A stretch of DNA of 26,468 nucleotides from positions 1 to 26,468 of IMG/VR virus record IMGVR_UViG_3300035534_000051; one strand, 5' to 3'. Source of the DNA: a virus. Taxonomy: Duplodnaviria > Caudoviricetes. Of this stretch, positions 6,792 to 15,675 are shown piece after piece; positions within the stretch are counted from its first letter, which is position 1; every line of letters starts with the position of its first letter. The notes below the pieces were generated by a model. The model saw nothing but the letters and a program-made list of their open reading frames with translations, ran no database searches and was not told the DNA's origin. Made by a program: the position numbers and the translations under genes.

Positions 6792-7521
6792 ATGCAAGGT
6801 TGCAACCACGACAAAGGTCTGTCCTAAACATGGGGAATATCAGGCCCGGATCGTGGGCGGAGTTGCACTGGGAATCTGCCCGAAGTGTGCAGAGGAAAGC
6901 TACGAGAAAAAGTGTGATAAGGTGATCGCTGAAAACTCTCGGAAGCATAAAGAGCGGTTATATGCGTCACGCATCCCAAAAAGGTTTCGTGATCGTATGA
7001 TCGAGACTTTTGCGACGAAGCACGACAAACGAGCCGCAAAGGTCCTGGAGATAGCCTGGGCCTACGTAGCTGACTTTAAGACAACGAAAGCCCAGGGTCG
7101 ATCCCTTGTCTTTTGCGGAAACCCCGGGACCGGGAAAACCCACCTTGCGTGTGGGATCGCTCATCGGATCATGGGGGAAGGACACTCAGCGCTTTATACG
7201 ACGCTGATAGATCTTGTATTGGACATCAAGCGAACGTGGGGCCGTGAATCTGAATTTACCGAGCAGGAAGTTATATCCCGGTACTCTGTGCCGGAACTTT
7301 TGATTCTTGATGAGGTAGGGGTTCAGTTTGGAACCGATACTGAGCGACAAATCCTTTTTCGGGTGATCAACCGGCGGTATGAAGAAGTGTTGCCAACGAT
7401 TCTCATTAGCAATCTAGGGTTAAGTGATCTTGTGGAGATGGTCGGGGAACGCACCCTTGATCGCTTCAATGAGGGCGGGGGAAAAATCATCCCCTTTGCA
7501 TGGCAGAGCTACCGGAGGTAA
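6778..7521 (+). CDS. DnaC/IstB-like AAA+ helicase loader (247 aa)
   Basis: CPKHG...CPKC Zn motif, Walker A GNPGTGKT, Walker B LLILDEVG, 'RY...PTILISN', 'R.LDR'. Confidence 0.9.
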   Translation: MQSFECKVATTTKVCPKHGEYQARIVGGVALGICPKCAEESYEKKCDKVIAENSRKHKERLYASRIPKRFRDRMIETFATKHDKRAAKVLEIAWAYVADFKTTKAQGRSLVFCGNPGTGKTHLACGIAHRIMGEGHSALYTTLIDLVLDIKRTWGRESEFTEQEVISRYSVPELLILDEVGVQFGTDTERQILFRVINRRYEEVLPTILISNLGLSDLVEMVGERTLDRFNEGGGKIIPFAWQSYRR

Positions 7522-7548
7522 GCGTGAGCAAAGTGGGGAGATGGTTGC

Positions 7549-7809
7549 ATGGAAGCATGGACAGAGAAGCTAAAGCGAAGGCCCGTGGCACGAAACCGAG
7601 AAAAAGCTACAAGGAAAACGTCAGGGCTGCCAAAGCTCGGGCCGAATGGTACGCAAAGGATCGAAGACTGTGATCCTAAGCTGTGTGAGAAGGTCTGTTG
7701 TCTATCCAGCAAGCGTGGGTGCTTTTACGCGAACTACTACCAGCACACCTATTGCCGGATAACGGAAAAACGAAAACAAAAAATTCTAGTCGAAAAGCAA
7801 CGCAGGTGA
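7549..7809 (+). CDS. Hypothetical basic Cys-rich protein (86 aa)
   Basis: GGGGAG RBS; fills the gap after the loader gene; no family recognised. Confidence 0.5.
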   Translation: MEAWTEKLKRRPVARNREKATRKTSGLPKLGPNGTQRIEDCDPKLCEKVCCLSSKRGCFYANYYQHTYCRITEKRKQKILVEKQRR

Positions 7810-7921
7810 CCCCAAATTACGCCGCCTATATAGGCAAATCTTAATGCCAGGCGCTTTTTGGGGTGAATATATGGGCGGAGCGCGTCGCAACGCCCAAAAA
7901 CGGAAATACGGAGGAAGAACG

Positions 7922-8116
7922 ATGAAAAAGCGAATTGAGGAAATCCATGGACTGTTTCAAGAATGGGAAGACCATGCAAAGGCCGGTGCAGAAGGTTACG
8001 GCTCCAAAGGAAAGTATAACAAAAACGCACTTCGGAGGTCCCGCTCTATAACTCAGGAATTGAGGGCTGCGCTCAAAGATTGGCGCAAATACACGATTGA
8101 GGCGGAGAAAGCGTAA
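7922..8116 (+). CDS. Histone H1-like Hc1-family small basic protein (64 aa)
   Basis: GGAGGA RBS; 'NK.A..R.R....EL...LK.WRK' matches the Hc1 N-terminal-domain pattern. Confidence 0.65.
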   Translation: MKKRIEEIHGLFQEWEDHAKAGAEGYGSKGKYNKNALRRSRSITQELRAALKDWRKYTIEAEKA

Positions 8117-8545
8117 ATGGCCGGATCTCTCAATCGTGTCATGCTGATAGGTCGGCTCGGGAAAGATCCAGAGACTAAATATCTAAATTCTGGTCAGCAG
8201 GTAACGACTGCCACCCTTGCGACCGATGAGAGTTATATCAAGGACGGCCAGAAGGTCGATCAAACGGAGTGGCACAGACTAAACGCTTGGGGGAAAACAG
8301 CGGAAACCATGGGGAGGTACCTTCACAAGGGGGCCTTGATCTACGTCGAAGGGAAGCTGCAAACTCGGAAGTGGCAAGATCAGCAAGGCCAGGATCGCTA
8401 CACAACGGAGATCCGTGTTTTCTCCTTCCAGTTTCTGGAATCAAAATCTACAACGGGGGGGCAAGGACAATCGGCTCCACCACCTACGGCTCAACCTTCT
8501 CACAGGGTGGAACAGGCTCCAATGGAAGGTGACGCTCCATTCTAA
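8117..8545 (+). CDS. ssb: Single-stranded DNA-binding protein
   Basis: LNRVMLIGRLGKDPE...TEWHR...YL.KG.LIYVEGKLQTRKW; acidic DAPF C-terminal tip. Confidence 0.97.
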   Translation: MAGSLNRVMLIGRLGKDPETKYLNSGQQVTTATLATDESYIKDGQKVDQTEWHRLNAWGKTAETMGRYLHKGALIYVEGKLQTRKWQDQQGQDRYTTEIRVFSFQFLESKSTTGGQGQSAPPPTAQPSHRVEQAPMEGDAPF

Positions 8546-8552
8546 CCGTAAC

Positions 8553-8591
8553 AAAAACGCAGTGATGTCTCACAGGCATCACTGCGTTTTT
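8553..8591. terminator. Bidirectional intrinsic terminator
   Basis: AAAAACGCAGTGATG...CATCACTGCGTTTTT, ~18-bp stem with A/T tracts at both ends. Confidence 0.85.
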
Positions 8592-8601
8592 AGGAACCGC
8601 G

Positions 8602-8982
8602 ATGCAGATAAAAAATGCAAGAACGTCGGCAACGTCAGAACATGAAGAGCAAACGGCGCTGATGGATTTAGTCAGCCTACACTGCCAAAAATGGCCCGAG
8701 CTAAAACTGCTCCACGCGATCCCGAATGGTGGTTGGAGGCATCCAGCCACGGCAAAAATGCTCAAGCGGGAAGGTGTGAAACCCGGAGTTCCGGACCTGG
8801 AATTACCCATTGCACGTGGAGGCTTTCACGGGCTTCACATCGAAATGAAGGTCGGAAAAAACAAGCCGACTAAAGAGCAAAAGGCGTGGATGCGAGCCCT
8901 TTCGTCAGAAGGTCGGAAGTGCGTGATCTGCTACTCTGCGGAAGCGGCATGGGAAGAAATAGCTAAATATATAAACTTGTGA
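8602..8982 (+). CDS. VRR-NUC domain nuclease (putative Holliday junction resolvase)
   Basis: EH.EQ, HAIPNGG.R, GV..GVPDL, IEMK, EQ..W motifs. Confidence 0.9.
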   Translation: MQIKNARTSATSEHEEQTALMDLVSLHCQKWPELKLLHAIPNGGWRHPATAKMLKREGVKPGVPDLELPIARGGFHGLHIEMKVGKNKPTKEQKAWMRALSSEGRKCVICYSAEAAWEEIAKYINL

Positions 8983-8988
8983 GGGAAA

Positions 8989-9789
8989 ATGATTCTGGGC
9001 AATGACGCGATACATAAAGAGCTAGGCATTCTGGAAATAGTGCAGAAGAATACTGATGAGCTTGTTCCCTATGTGAACAATGCTAAGGTTCACTCCAAAG
9101 AGCAGATTACAAGAATCATGTCATCGATAAAGGAATTCGGCTTTAACAACCCCATCCTACTCGATGGTGATAATGGGATTATTGCAGGGCACGGACGGCT
9201 AATGGCGGCCCAGAAACTAGGAATGACGAAGGTTCCTTGTGTGGAGTTGTGCCATTTGTCCGAGGCGCAGAAAAAAGCCTATACCCTGGCCGACAATCGG
9301 TTGGCCGAGGTTGGTGTGGAGTGGAATGAAGACGTCCTTGCCATTGAGCTTGAGGGGCTGGACGCGATGGACTTTGACCTCGATATGATTGGATTCGGGG
9401 ACTTTGGAGTCGGGGAAGGGAGTGGAACCGAGGACGTGGATAGGTACAGCTCGGACATCAAGGTCCCGATGTATGAGCCCGGAGACATCATCCCCGAAAT
9501 TTCAGAGCTGTATGATACAGAAAAGAGTGACACCCTCAAGGGCGAAATTCTTGAACACAACTTTCCTTCCGAAATTGAGAACTTTCTCCTTGCTGCCGCA
9601 GACCGAATGACTGTTTTCCGTTTTGATAAGATTGCCGATTTTTATGCAAATTCAGATCGGGAACTACAGGAGGTGTTTGAGATGCTTGCGCTCGTTATTA
9701 TTGATTTCCAAAAAGCGTACGAGAATGGGTATGTCGTGTTGACGGAGAAGATTAAAAAAAACCTGATCAAGGACCATGGAGATGAGTGA
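8989..9789 (+). CDS. ParB/Srx N-terminal domain protein fused to a helical domain typical of glycosyltransferase-associated phage genes
   Basis: L.PY.NNA..H...QI..I..SI.EFGF.NPIL.D....IIAGHGR..AA..LG...ADNRL; C-terminal 'P.YEP...FL..AA.R..VF....IA.FYA...ALVIIDF.KA.E.G'. Confidence 0.85.
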   Translation: MILGNDAIHKELGILEIVQKNTDELVPYVNNAKVHSKEQITRIMSSIKEFGFNNPILLDGDNGIIAGHGRLMAAQKLGMTKVPCVELCHLSEAQKKAYTLADNRLAEVGVEWNEDVLAIELEGLDAMDFDLDMIGFGDFGVGEGSGTEDVDRYSSDIKVPMYEPGDIIPEISELYDTEKSDTLKGEILEHNFPSEIENFLLAAADRMTVFRFDKIADFYANSDRELQEVFEMLALVIIDFQKAYENGYVVLTEKIKKNLIKDHGDE

Positions 9790-10639
9790 GGACTTTTGCG
9801 TTTTTATTTTGTCACACGGTAGGGCTGGCAACGTAATTACCTATAATTCACTGCAAAAGGCCGGATACACCGGGAAGATCGTTGTGGTTGTGGACAATGA
9901 GGATTCAACTATTGACGAGTATAAAGAGAAGTTCCCTGATGTAGCCGTGTTCGATAAAGTGGATATCGCAAAGAAGTTTGACACTGGCGACAACTTCGAG
10001 GATCGGAAAACTATTGTCTACGCCAGAAATGCATGCTTTGATATTGCTAGGGATCTTGGGTATCGGTATTTTTTACAGCTCGATGATGACTATACTTATT
10101 TCTCGTATACGGGGATCAGTGACGGCCTTTTTTTTCATAAGGTAGTCTTATCGTTTGACGAAATCGTAAGCGCCTTCCTGGAGTTTTTGAAATCGACGAA
10201 TGCGAAAACGGTTACCTTTGCCCAAGGGGGGGACCTGCTTGGTGGGAAAGATTCGTCTGTTGTAACGAAGAGGATTTTTCCGTTTTTGAAGCGAAAGGCT
10301 ATGAATTCTTTTTTCTGTGATGTCGAAAGGCCAATTACGTTCGTTGGTAGGATCAATGAGGACGTGAACACGTATGTCCTGCAAGGGCTTAAGGGAGATG
10401 TGTTCCTTACGGTTCCCGATGTCATGTTGAACCAGAAGACTACGCAGTCAAACAAAGGAGGGATGACCGATGTTTACCTCGAATCCGGCACGTATCTGAA
10501 AAGTTTTTATTCTGTCATGTATTGCCCGTCAGCGGTGAAGGTTGCGACGATGGGGCATAAGGGGCGCAGGCTACACCATCGGGTTTGCTGGAACAATGCG
10601 ACCCCGAAGTTGCTGCGGGAAGAACACAAAAAGCCGTGA
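9782..10639 (+). CDS. GT-A fold glycosyltransferase, TAGT/GREB1-like (putative DNA-modifying); alternative start 9776
   Basis: FILSHGRA, ARN, QLDDDY (DxD), GRINED, Q..TQ.N.GG motifs; overlaps the ParB stop codon. Confidence 0.8.
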   Translation: MSEDFCVFILSHGRAGNVITYNSLQKAGYTGKIVVVVDNEDSTIDEYKEKFPDVAVFDKVDIAKKFDTGDNFEDRKTIVYARNACFDIARDLGYRYFLQLDDDYTYFSYTGISDGLFFHKVVLSFDEIVSAFLEFLKSTNAKTVTFAQGGDLLGGKDSSVVTKRIFPFLKRKAMNSFFCDVERPITFVGRINEDVNTYVLQGLKGDVFLTVPDVMLNQKTTQSNKGGMTDVYLESGTYLKSFYSVMYCPSAVKVATMGHKGRRLHHRVCWNNATPKLLREEHKKP

Positions 10640-10676
10640 CCGTTGAAAATGTTGATGCACAGAAAAAGGGGGTGTC

Positions 10677-11114
10677 GTGTCGCTTACAGTACAGCAAATT
10701 GAAGATGCATTGCGGAAGTCGGGGGGGTTCGTCTCGAAGGTTGCCTTGGGGTTGCACGTTACGCCAAGCAATATCTATGCACGGATTAAGCGTAGTCCGC
10801 GATTGCAGGAGGTGAAAAAACAGATTGATGAGTCGTACCTTGATGTTGCGGAGCATCGTTTGATCAAAGAAATCAATAACGGCAACCTCGGGGCGATCTG
10901 CTTTTACCTGAAATGCAAGGGCAAAGAGAGGGGATATATCGAGAGGCAGCAGGTCGAAACGAGGCATACAGGGGAAATCAACATAACGAACATGACCGAG
11001 GCGGAGATTGAAGCTAGAATCGTTGAGCTCACGCGAAAAGCTGGAATTGCTGCGGCTCCTGGAGGCTCAGGAGAAGGCGAGAAATGCGAACGATGCGAGT
11101 CTTTGCCGGAGTAG
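10677..11114 (+). CDS. terS: Putative terminase small subunit (HTH)
   Basis: N-terminal HTH 'AL..SGG.VS..A..L.V....IY', 'LD.AE..L..I..GN..AI.FYLK.KGK.RGY.ER'; immediately precedes terL. Confidence 0.75.
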   Translation: MSLTVQQIEDALRKSGGFVSKVALGLHVTPSNIYARIKRSPRLQEVKKQIDESYLDVAEHRLIKEINNGNLGAICFYLKCKGKERGYIERQQVETRHTGEINITNMTEAEIEARIVELTRKAGIAAAPGGSGEGEKCERCESLPE

Positions 11115-12504
11115 TTTTTTCAAGTTTCTTTGCTATTTTTGGGACACCATCATCCAGGAAACGCCGGTTTACAACTGGCATATCAAATACCTATGCGATG
11201 AACTTCAAGCCGTTGTTGAGCGGGTTGTCCGGAGGGAACCGAAAGAATGCGATGTCATTATCAATATTCCGCCGGGGACGACCAAGAGCACGATTGCGGT
11301 GCAGATGCTTCAAGCCTGGGCCTGGACTATTGACCCTTCCTTGCGATTCATCACCGGCTCGTATTCTGAGGCGTTGGCGCTTGAGCATGCGGACTATACT
11401 CGTGATCTATTAAGGAGTGATAAGTTTCAAGCGCTTTTTCCGGAGGTTCAAATTCTTCCGTCGAAAGACCTCAAAAGCAATTATCGGGTGAGGGGAGGCG
11501 GCCAGCGGTTTTCGACCTCTGTAGGTGGGACGGTGACGGGTGTTCATGCCCATATCATTTGCATTGATGACCCACTGAATCCGAAGATGGCTGCGTCTAA
11601 AACGGAGTTGAAAAACGCGAATGACTGGATGGAAAAGACGCTGTCCACTCGCAAGGTCGACAAAGCTGTAACGCCGATAATCCTTATTATGCAGCGGCTG
11701 GCAGAGGATGACTGTACGGGGGCGATTCTTGCGAAAACAGACAAGGCTGTTCGGCACATCTGCTTGCCCGCCGATGATAATTGGCCGATCAAACCGCCCG
11801 AACTTGAGGCGAAATATCGGGAGAATGGTGGGCTTTTAGATCCGATCAGGTTGACTCCCGAAATCCTGCGAGATGCAAAGGTTGACATGGGGACCTTCGG
11901 CTATTCCGGGCAGTTCGGACAGCAACCCGTTCCTACATCTGGCGGAATTTTTCTCCGCGAGTGGTGGAAGTATTACCGCGTTGCACCGGCAAAACATTCA
12001 ACGAGAATTCAGGCGTGGGACACGGCCTACGAGTCCAAGGATGGTGCGGACTGGTCCGTGGGTAGCACTTGGGATGAATGCGATTCCGGATATTATCTGC
12101 GCGACGTTTACCGAAATCGGGTTGAGTATCCGGATCTAAAAAGGGCCGTGATCCAGCAGTATGAAAAGTGGAAGCCGGATGCCGTGCTTGTTGAATACAT
12201 GAGTTCAGGAAAATCTATCGTGCAGGATCTAAAAAGGGATCGAAGGCTCAAGGTGCCGGTAATTGCCAAAAAGGTCGGGGCAAGAGATAAGGAGCAGAGG
12301 GCGAGGGCTATATCTCCACTTGTAGAGTCTGGTTGCGTTTTCCTGCCCGTAGCGGCTCCATGGTTGAATGATTTCATCGAAGAAATCTCATTGTTTCCAA
12401 CGGGGAAGCACGACGATCAGGTCGATACGGTGAGCCATGCGCTTGAGTACCTGAAGTTGAAAAAGGGCCGCGTAATATCCGGTGGCAAAACGGTCAGGGG
12501 GTGA
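11008..12504 (+). CDS. terL: Terminase large subunit (start uncertain)
   Basis: INIPPGTTKS Walker A, IDDP Walker B, IMQRL, WDTA, HDDQVD nuclease motifs. Confidence 0.95.
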   Translation: MKLESLSSREKLELLRLLEAQEKARNANDASLCRSSFFKFLCYFWDTIIQETPVYNWHIKYLCDELQAVVERVVRREPKECDVIINIPPGTTKSTIAVQMLQAWAWTIDPSLRFITGSYSEALALEHADYTRDLLRSDKFQALFPEVQILPSKDLKSNYRVRGGGQRFSTSVGGTVTGVHAHIICIDDPLNPKMAASKTELKNANDWMEKTLSTRKVDKAVTPIILIMQRLAEDDCTGAILAKTDKAVRHICLPADDNWPIKPPELEAKYRENGGLLDPIRLTPEILRDAKVDMGTFGYSGQFGQQPVPTSGGIFLREWWKYYRVAPAKHSTRIQAWDTAYESKDGADWSVGSTWDECDSGYYLRDVYRNRVEYPDLKRAVIQQYEKWKPDAVLVEYMSSGKSIVQDLKRDRRLKVPVIAKKVGARDKEQRARAISPLVESGCVFLPVAAPWLNDFIEEISLFPTGKHDDQVDTVSHALEYLKLKKGRVISGGKTVRG

Positions 12505-12505
12505 C

Positions 12506-12787
12506 ATGAAGTGTCCGAGGTGTGGGAGAACAAAGGATCAAGTCGTATATCGTGAAGCCAGGGGCGGGATGGTCGTTAGGATCAGGCGCTGCGCTTGGTG
12601 CAAGTCTCTTAATGAGACCAGAGAATCGAGGCGGTGCCCGAATTGCGGGTGCATCGACACGCGCATCCTGGGTGGAACGAAAGATATGATGGCAGTTTTT
12701 TCGCGATACCGAATTTGCAATGACTGCGCGACCCGGTTCAGAACCTATGAGGAAACCACCAATGCAGAACACCAAAAAGCTCGCTGA
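12506..12787 (+). CDS. Protein with two tandem NrdR-N/Ogr-like zinc ribbons (93 aa), putative late-gene regulator
   Basis: MKCPRCG...R.RRC..C...ET.E followed by RCPNCG..DT...R.RIC..C..RF.TYE; AGGGGG RBS. Confidence 0.7.
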   Translation: MKCPRCGRTKDQVVYREARGGMVVRIRRCAWCKSLNETRESRRCPNCGCIDTRILGGTKDMMAVFSRYRICNDCATRFRTYEETTNAEHQKAR

Positions 12788-13718
12788 ACTTGTCCAGGCC
12801 TTTATTTGCGCCCAGTCCAAAGACTTCGATGCAACCGTCGAAGAACTCTTCAAGGTCTTAAACGACGCCTTTATTCGACAGACCAGAGAGGCGACTGTTG
12901 ACGCAACGCGAATGGTTCAACGATACCGAGGCGACCTGTCAGACCTTGTTGACGATATGAAAGAACACTTCCGGCAGTGTTTCGAGGGTGAATACCCGGG
13001 AAAAGTGAAGCGCCCCGTATTCGAGTTGCTAGAAGCCGCATATACGCATGGGGCAAACTCTGCGCTTGAGGGGGTCGCTTTTGCAAAGGCCGACGATGAA
13101 CCAGGAATTTCGTTGCCGGTGATTCAGTTTGGACGCAAGGACACAAATGCGCTTAAAACCTTGACCAATGAGGCGATGTTCTGGATAGGGGAACACTATG
13201 GGGATCATATCGAAAAGCCACTTGAGAAGGAGCTTGCGAGTTTCTTCACGGATGGAATGACGAGAGAGGACCTGTCGTGGGGTATCGAAGAAGCGATGAC
13301 GGGAGTGGTCCGGCGGTCCAGATCTTACTGGAATTTTTTTGCGGATCACACGGCAACAAAAATGCGGGAGATCGGACGGGTCAGCGGTTACGAACAGGCC
13401 GGAGTAAAGATTGTCCGGGTCCAGGCGTGGATTGATGATCGGACAACTGAAATTTGCAGGGCCTTAAATGGGCAGGTAATCAGCGTTCGTAGGTTGCGGC
13501 AATTCACGGATAACTACCTGGAGGCATCGGCATCTAAAGACAAGGATGCGATCAAGGAGGCTTGGCCTTGGCTCACGGAAAGCCAGGGGCGGAAACTGCA
13601 AGACTCCCAAGTAAGGGAGGAAGCTGTCCGAGATGGGAAAGTCGGGTTGCCGCCTTATCATGCAAGGTGCCGGACGATCACCGTTGCAGAGTTTCGGGAA
13701 GTGCCTGCTCCCGGTTGA
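12762..13718 (+). CDS. Phage head morphogenesis / minor head protein (SPP1 gp7 / Mu gpF family)
   Basis: A.IDDRTT.ICR.LNG and PPYH.RCRT motifs; GAGGA RBS before ATG 12762. Confidence 0.88.
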   Translation: MQNTKKLAELVQAFICAQSKDFDATVEELFKVLNDAFIRQTREATVDATRMVQRYRGDLSDLVDDMKEHFRQCFEGEYPGKVKRPVFELLEAAYTHGANSALEGVAFAKADDEPGISLPVIQFGRKDTNALKTLTNEAMFWIGEHYGDHIEKPLEKELASFFTDGMTREDLSWGIEEAMTGVVRRSRSYWNFFADHTATKMREIGRVSGYEQAGVKIVRVQAWIDDRTTEICRALNGQVISVRRLRQFTDNYLEASASKDKDAIKEAWPWLTESQGRKLQDSQVREEAVRDGKVGLPPYHARCRTITVAEFREVPAPG

Positions 13719-13729
13719 AAACAGACAGA

Positions 13730-13767
13730 AAAAAGCCCCCGGTTCTTTATCGAGCCGGGGGCTTTTT
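13730..13767. terminator. Bidirectional terminator between convergent genes
   Basis: AAAAAGCCCCCGGTTC-N6-GAGCCGGGGGCTTTTT. Confidence 0.9.
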
Positions 13768-14258
13768 CATGTGAGGTTCACTTCGATGTTCTTTTTGATC
13801 TGGTGAACGACTTTCGGGGCGTAGTGCCTTGTAAGTAAGTCGTTCAAGAAGTCGAAGCCCCCCTTTTTCACACGGTTTATTGCATGAGTTAGAAACGGCT
13901 GTCCCTTCCTTGCTGGCTGGTGGACCTCTCGGGCATAAATGATCCTTCCACCGATTACAAAGCGCAGACGCGCCCTTTCCGGGTTCTGTTGGTACCAGCT
14001 TTTTGAGTGATATTTTTTCCGTTCTCCACGAGGGGGGTTTTTCTGAATGTTCGGGCGGATTGTCAGGGGACCCCTTCCATCATGCACGGCTCTGGCGTAT
14101 GGAAGGTTCGAGCCAACTGAGGCCGCACCAACGCCCTCAACGCTTGCTTGGATAGACTTTCTCAAGTCCCCTGTCCTGAACGGAATTTGACCCGTCTTTG
14201 TGGCTTCTGCCCGGACCTTTTCAGCTATTTGGAGTGCTATCTGGGTCGAGATGTCCAT
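13767..14258 (-). CDS. HK97 gp10 / Mu gpG-like neck or tail-completion protein
   Basis: P.RTG.LR.SI...VGSN.PYA..VH.G...QPFL motifs; GGAG RBS. Confidence 0.75.
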   Translation of the reverse strand: MDISTQIALQIAEKVRAEATKTGQIPFRTGDLRKSIQASVEGVGAASVGSNLPYARAVHDGRGPLTIRPNIQKNPPRGERKKYHSKSWYQQNPERARLRFVIGGRIIYAREVHQPARKGQPFLTHAINRVKKGGFDFLNDLLTRHYAPKVVHQIKKNIEVNLT

Positions 14259-14260
14259 GC

Positions 14261-15520
14261 CTATATCTCCACGGACTTGCGGAATGATTTGAGTGCGTCG
14301 GTCAAGGTTTCCTCCGGGGTGGTATCTACGGTATCGGAGGGGGCATACCCCAACTCTTCCCGGGCTTCATCGATTGTCAGCACACCGCTTCCGATCATGG
14401 CGCTATAGTATGCGCTCGGGGGCTCTGAAAAGTTGCCGTCCATCTTCGCAAAGCGGAATACTCCGAGACCCATGGCCCCAAACAGTTGGTTTAGACGGCG
14501 TTCCCATGCGACTTGATAGGGTTGAATGGTTGTTTCTTGAAACAGTTGAATTTGACCAAAAATCTCCCCACCACCGCCGAGCTGTCCAGATGCGACGACC
14601 CCGGCAACTCTTGGGGGTACGCGATGTGCAGAAAGGATATTGTCGCGACACTGGAGTCGTAGCTTCTCGAAGGATAGATCCCGATCCTTCATATCCCCTG
14701 CGATCTTCTCAAAGCGAACTTTCACGTCCTGATCCGGGATGGGAAGATAAAGCGTTTTGTGCGAGTTATCGAGGCCTTTTATATTGCTTTGGAGGAACGA
14801 AAGAACGGCCGTTTCCGTGTCTTCATCGAATGACCCCCCTTCTACGATCACCGCAAGATCGGGAATCCCGCTGTTTAGGAAAAAGTTCTGATTGTATCGT
14901 GTAGCATAGTAGTCGAGCTCGATGTCTGGGAGGCAACCAGTCCAGTCTGGGAGGCCATAAAGTCGATGCCTGTTTGACTGGTTGGGGAGGTAGAGGATCG
15001 AGTTGTCCCGCTCACCCGGTTTGAATGCGGGCCACGGCTCCATCACCCCTTCGTCGTTAAGGTACATGAAAGGGGTTGATGCCCCCCTTGGTCGAAAGTA
15101 CACGCGGTCTGCTGGCAGGTAGTATAGCTCGGCGGGCCGACCGGCTGTATCTGGCACGACCTCGATAGCGCCCGCACCACAAGCGTGGAAGTCCATCCCC
15201 GCCTGCCGCATCACGTCAGAAAACGACTGTCCGTATTCATTCACGACCGCCAGCCGGTGATCTATTTTGTCCTGGCTTTCAGACAACGAATCTATCCCCA
15301 GACAAAACGATGTAGTTGTCTTCACCGCCAGCGACAATCCGTGGAATGATTGTTTGTCTTGGAGCGAAGCAAAGTAAGGGATTAGAGCCCCGTATTCCTC
15401 GGAAAAGGGGTGCGGTATGACGTCAACACCCTCCGGGATGGTCTGTGCGGACGTTTTTTTGATCGGCTCGGACTTGGCTACCAGTACCGTCTTTGCCCCT
15501 CCAAATGCGCTACTTGACAT
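14261..15520 (-). CDS. Portal protein (PBSX / P2 gpQ-like), 419 aa
   Basis: YGLPDW, YN..FF.N.GIP, F..LR....D.IL.AHRVPP...G, LTIDEARE.LGY.P; GGAGGT RBS. Confidence 0.92.
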   Translation of the reverse strand: MSSSAFGGAKTVLVAKSEPIKKTSAQTIPEGVDVIPHPFSEEYGALIPYFASLQDKQSFHGLSLAVKTTTSFCLGIDSLSESQDKIDHRLAVVNEYGQSFSDVMRQAGMDFHACGAGAIEVVPDTAGRPAELYYLPADRVYFRPRGASTPFMYLNDEGVMEPWPAFKPGERDNSILYLPNQSNRHRLYGLPDWTGCLPDIELDYYATRYNQNFFLNSGIPDLAVIVEGGSFDEDTETAVLSFLQSNIKGLDNSHKTLYLPIPDQDVKVRFEKIAGDMKDRDLSFEKLRLQCRDNILSAHRVPPRVAGVVASGQLGGGGEIFGQIQLFQETTIQPYQVAWERRLNQLFGAMGLGVFRFAKMDGNFSEPPSAYYSAMIGSGVLTIDEAREELGYAPSDTVDTTPEETLTDALKSFRKSVEI

Positions 15521-15675
15521 AGAATTACCTCCGGTTTTTTCAAGTGTTCTTATGCACACTTGTTTACTATTTGTATGACAATTCTTTCTGGTTTGCACAA
15601 AATAGAAATATTGCTACTGGACATGACACCCTGCTGGATAGCATTTCGGGGAAAAACGAAACCCAAAGGTGAACA
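15521..15675. promoter_or_regulatory. Divergent late control region (portal leftward, head genes rightward)
   Basis: AT-rich 155-bp gap; 7-bp inverted repeat CAAGTGT-N8-ACACTTG (15541-15562) and a 17/20 copy of the early operator-like dyad (15561-15580). Confidence 0.55.

Noticed and set aside
15545-15580. P2 Ogr-type binding site (TGT-N12-ACA)
   Set aside because: The dyads present have N8 and N14 spacing, so they do not match the Ogr consensus
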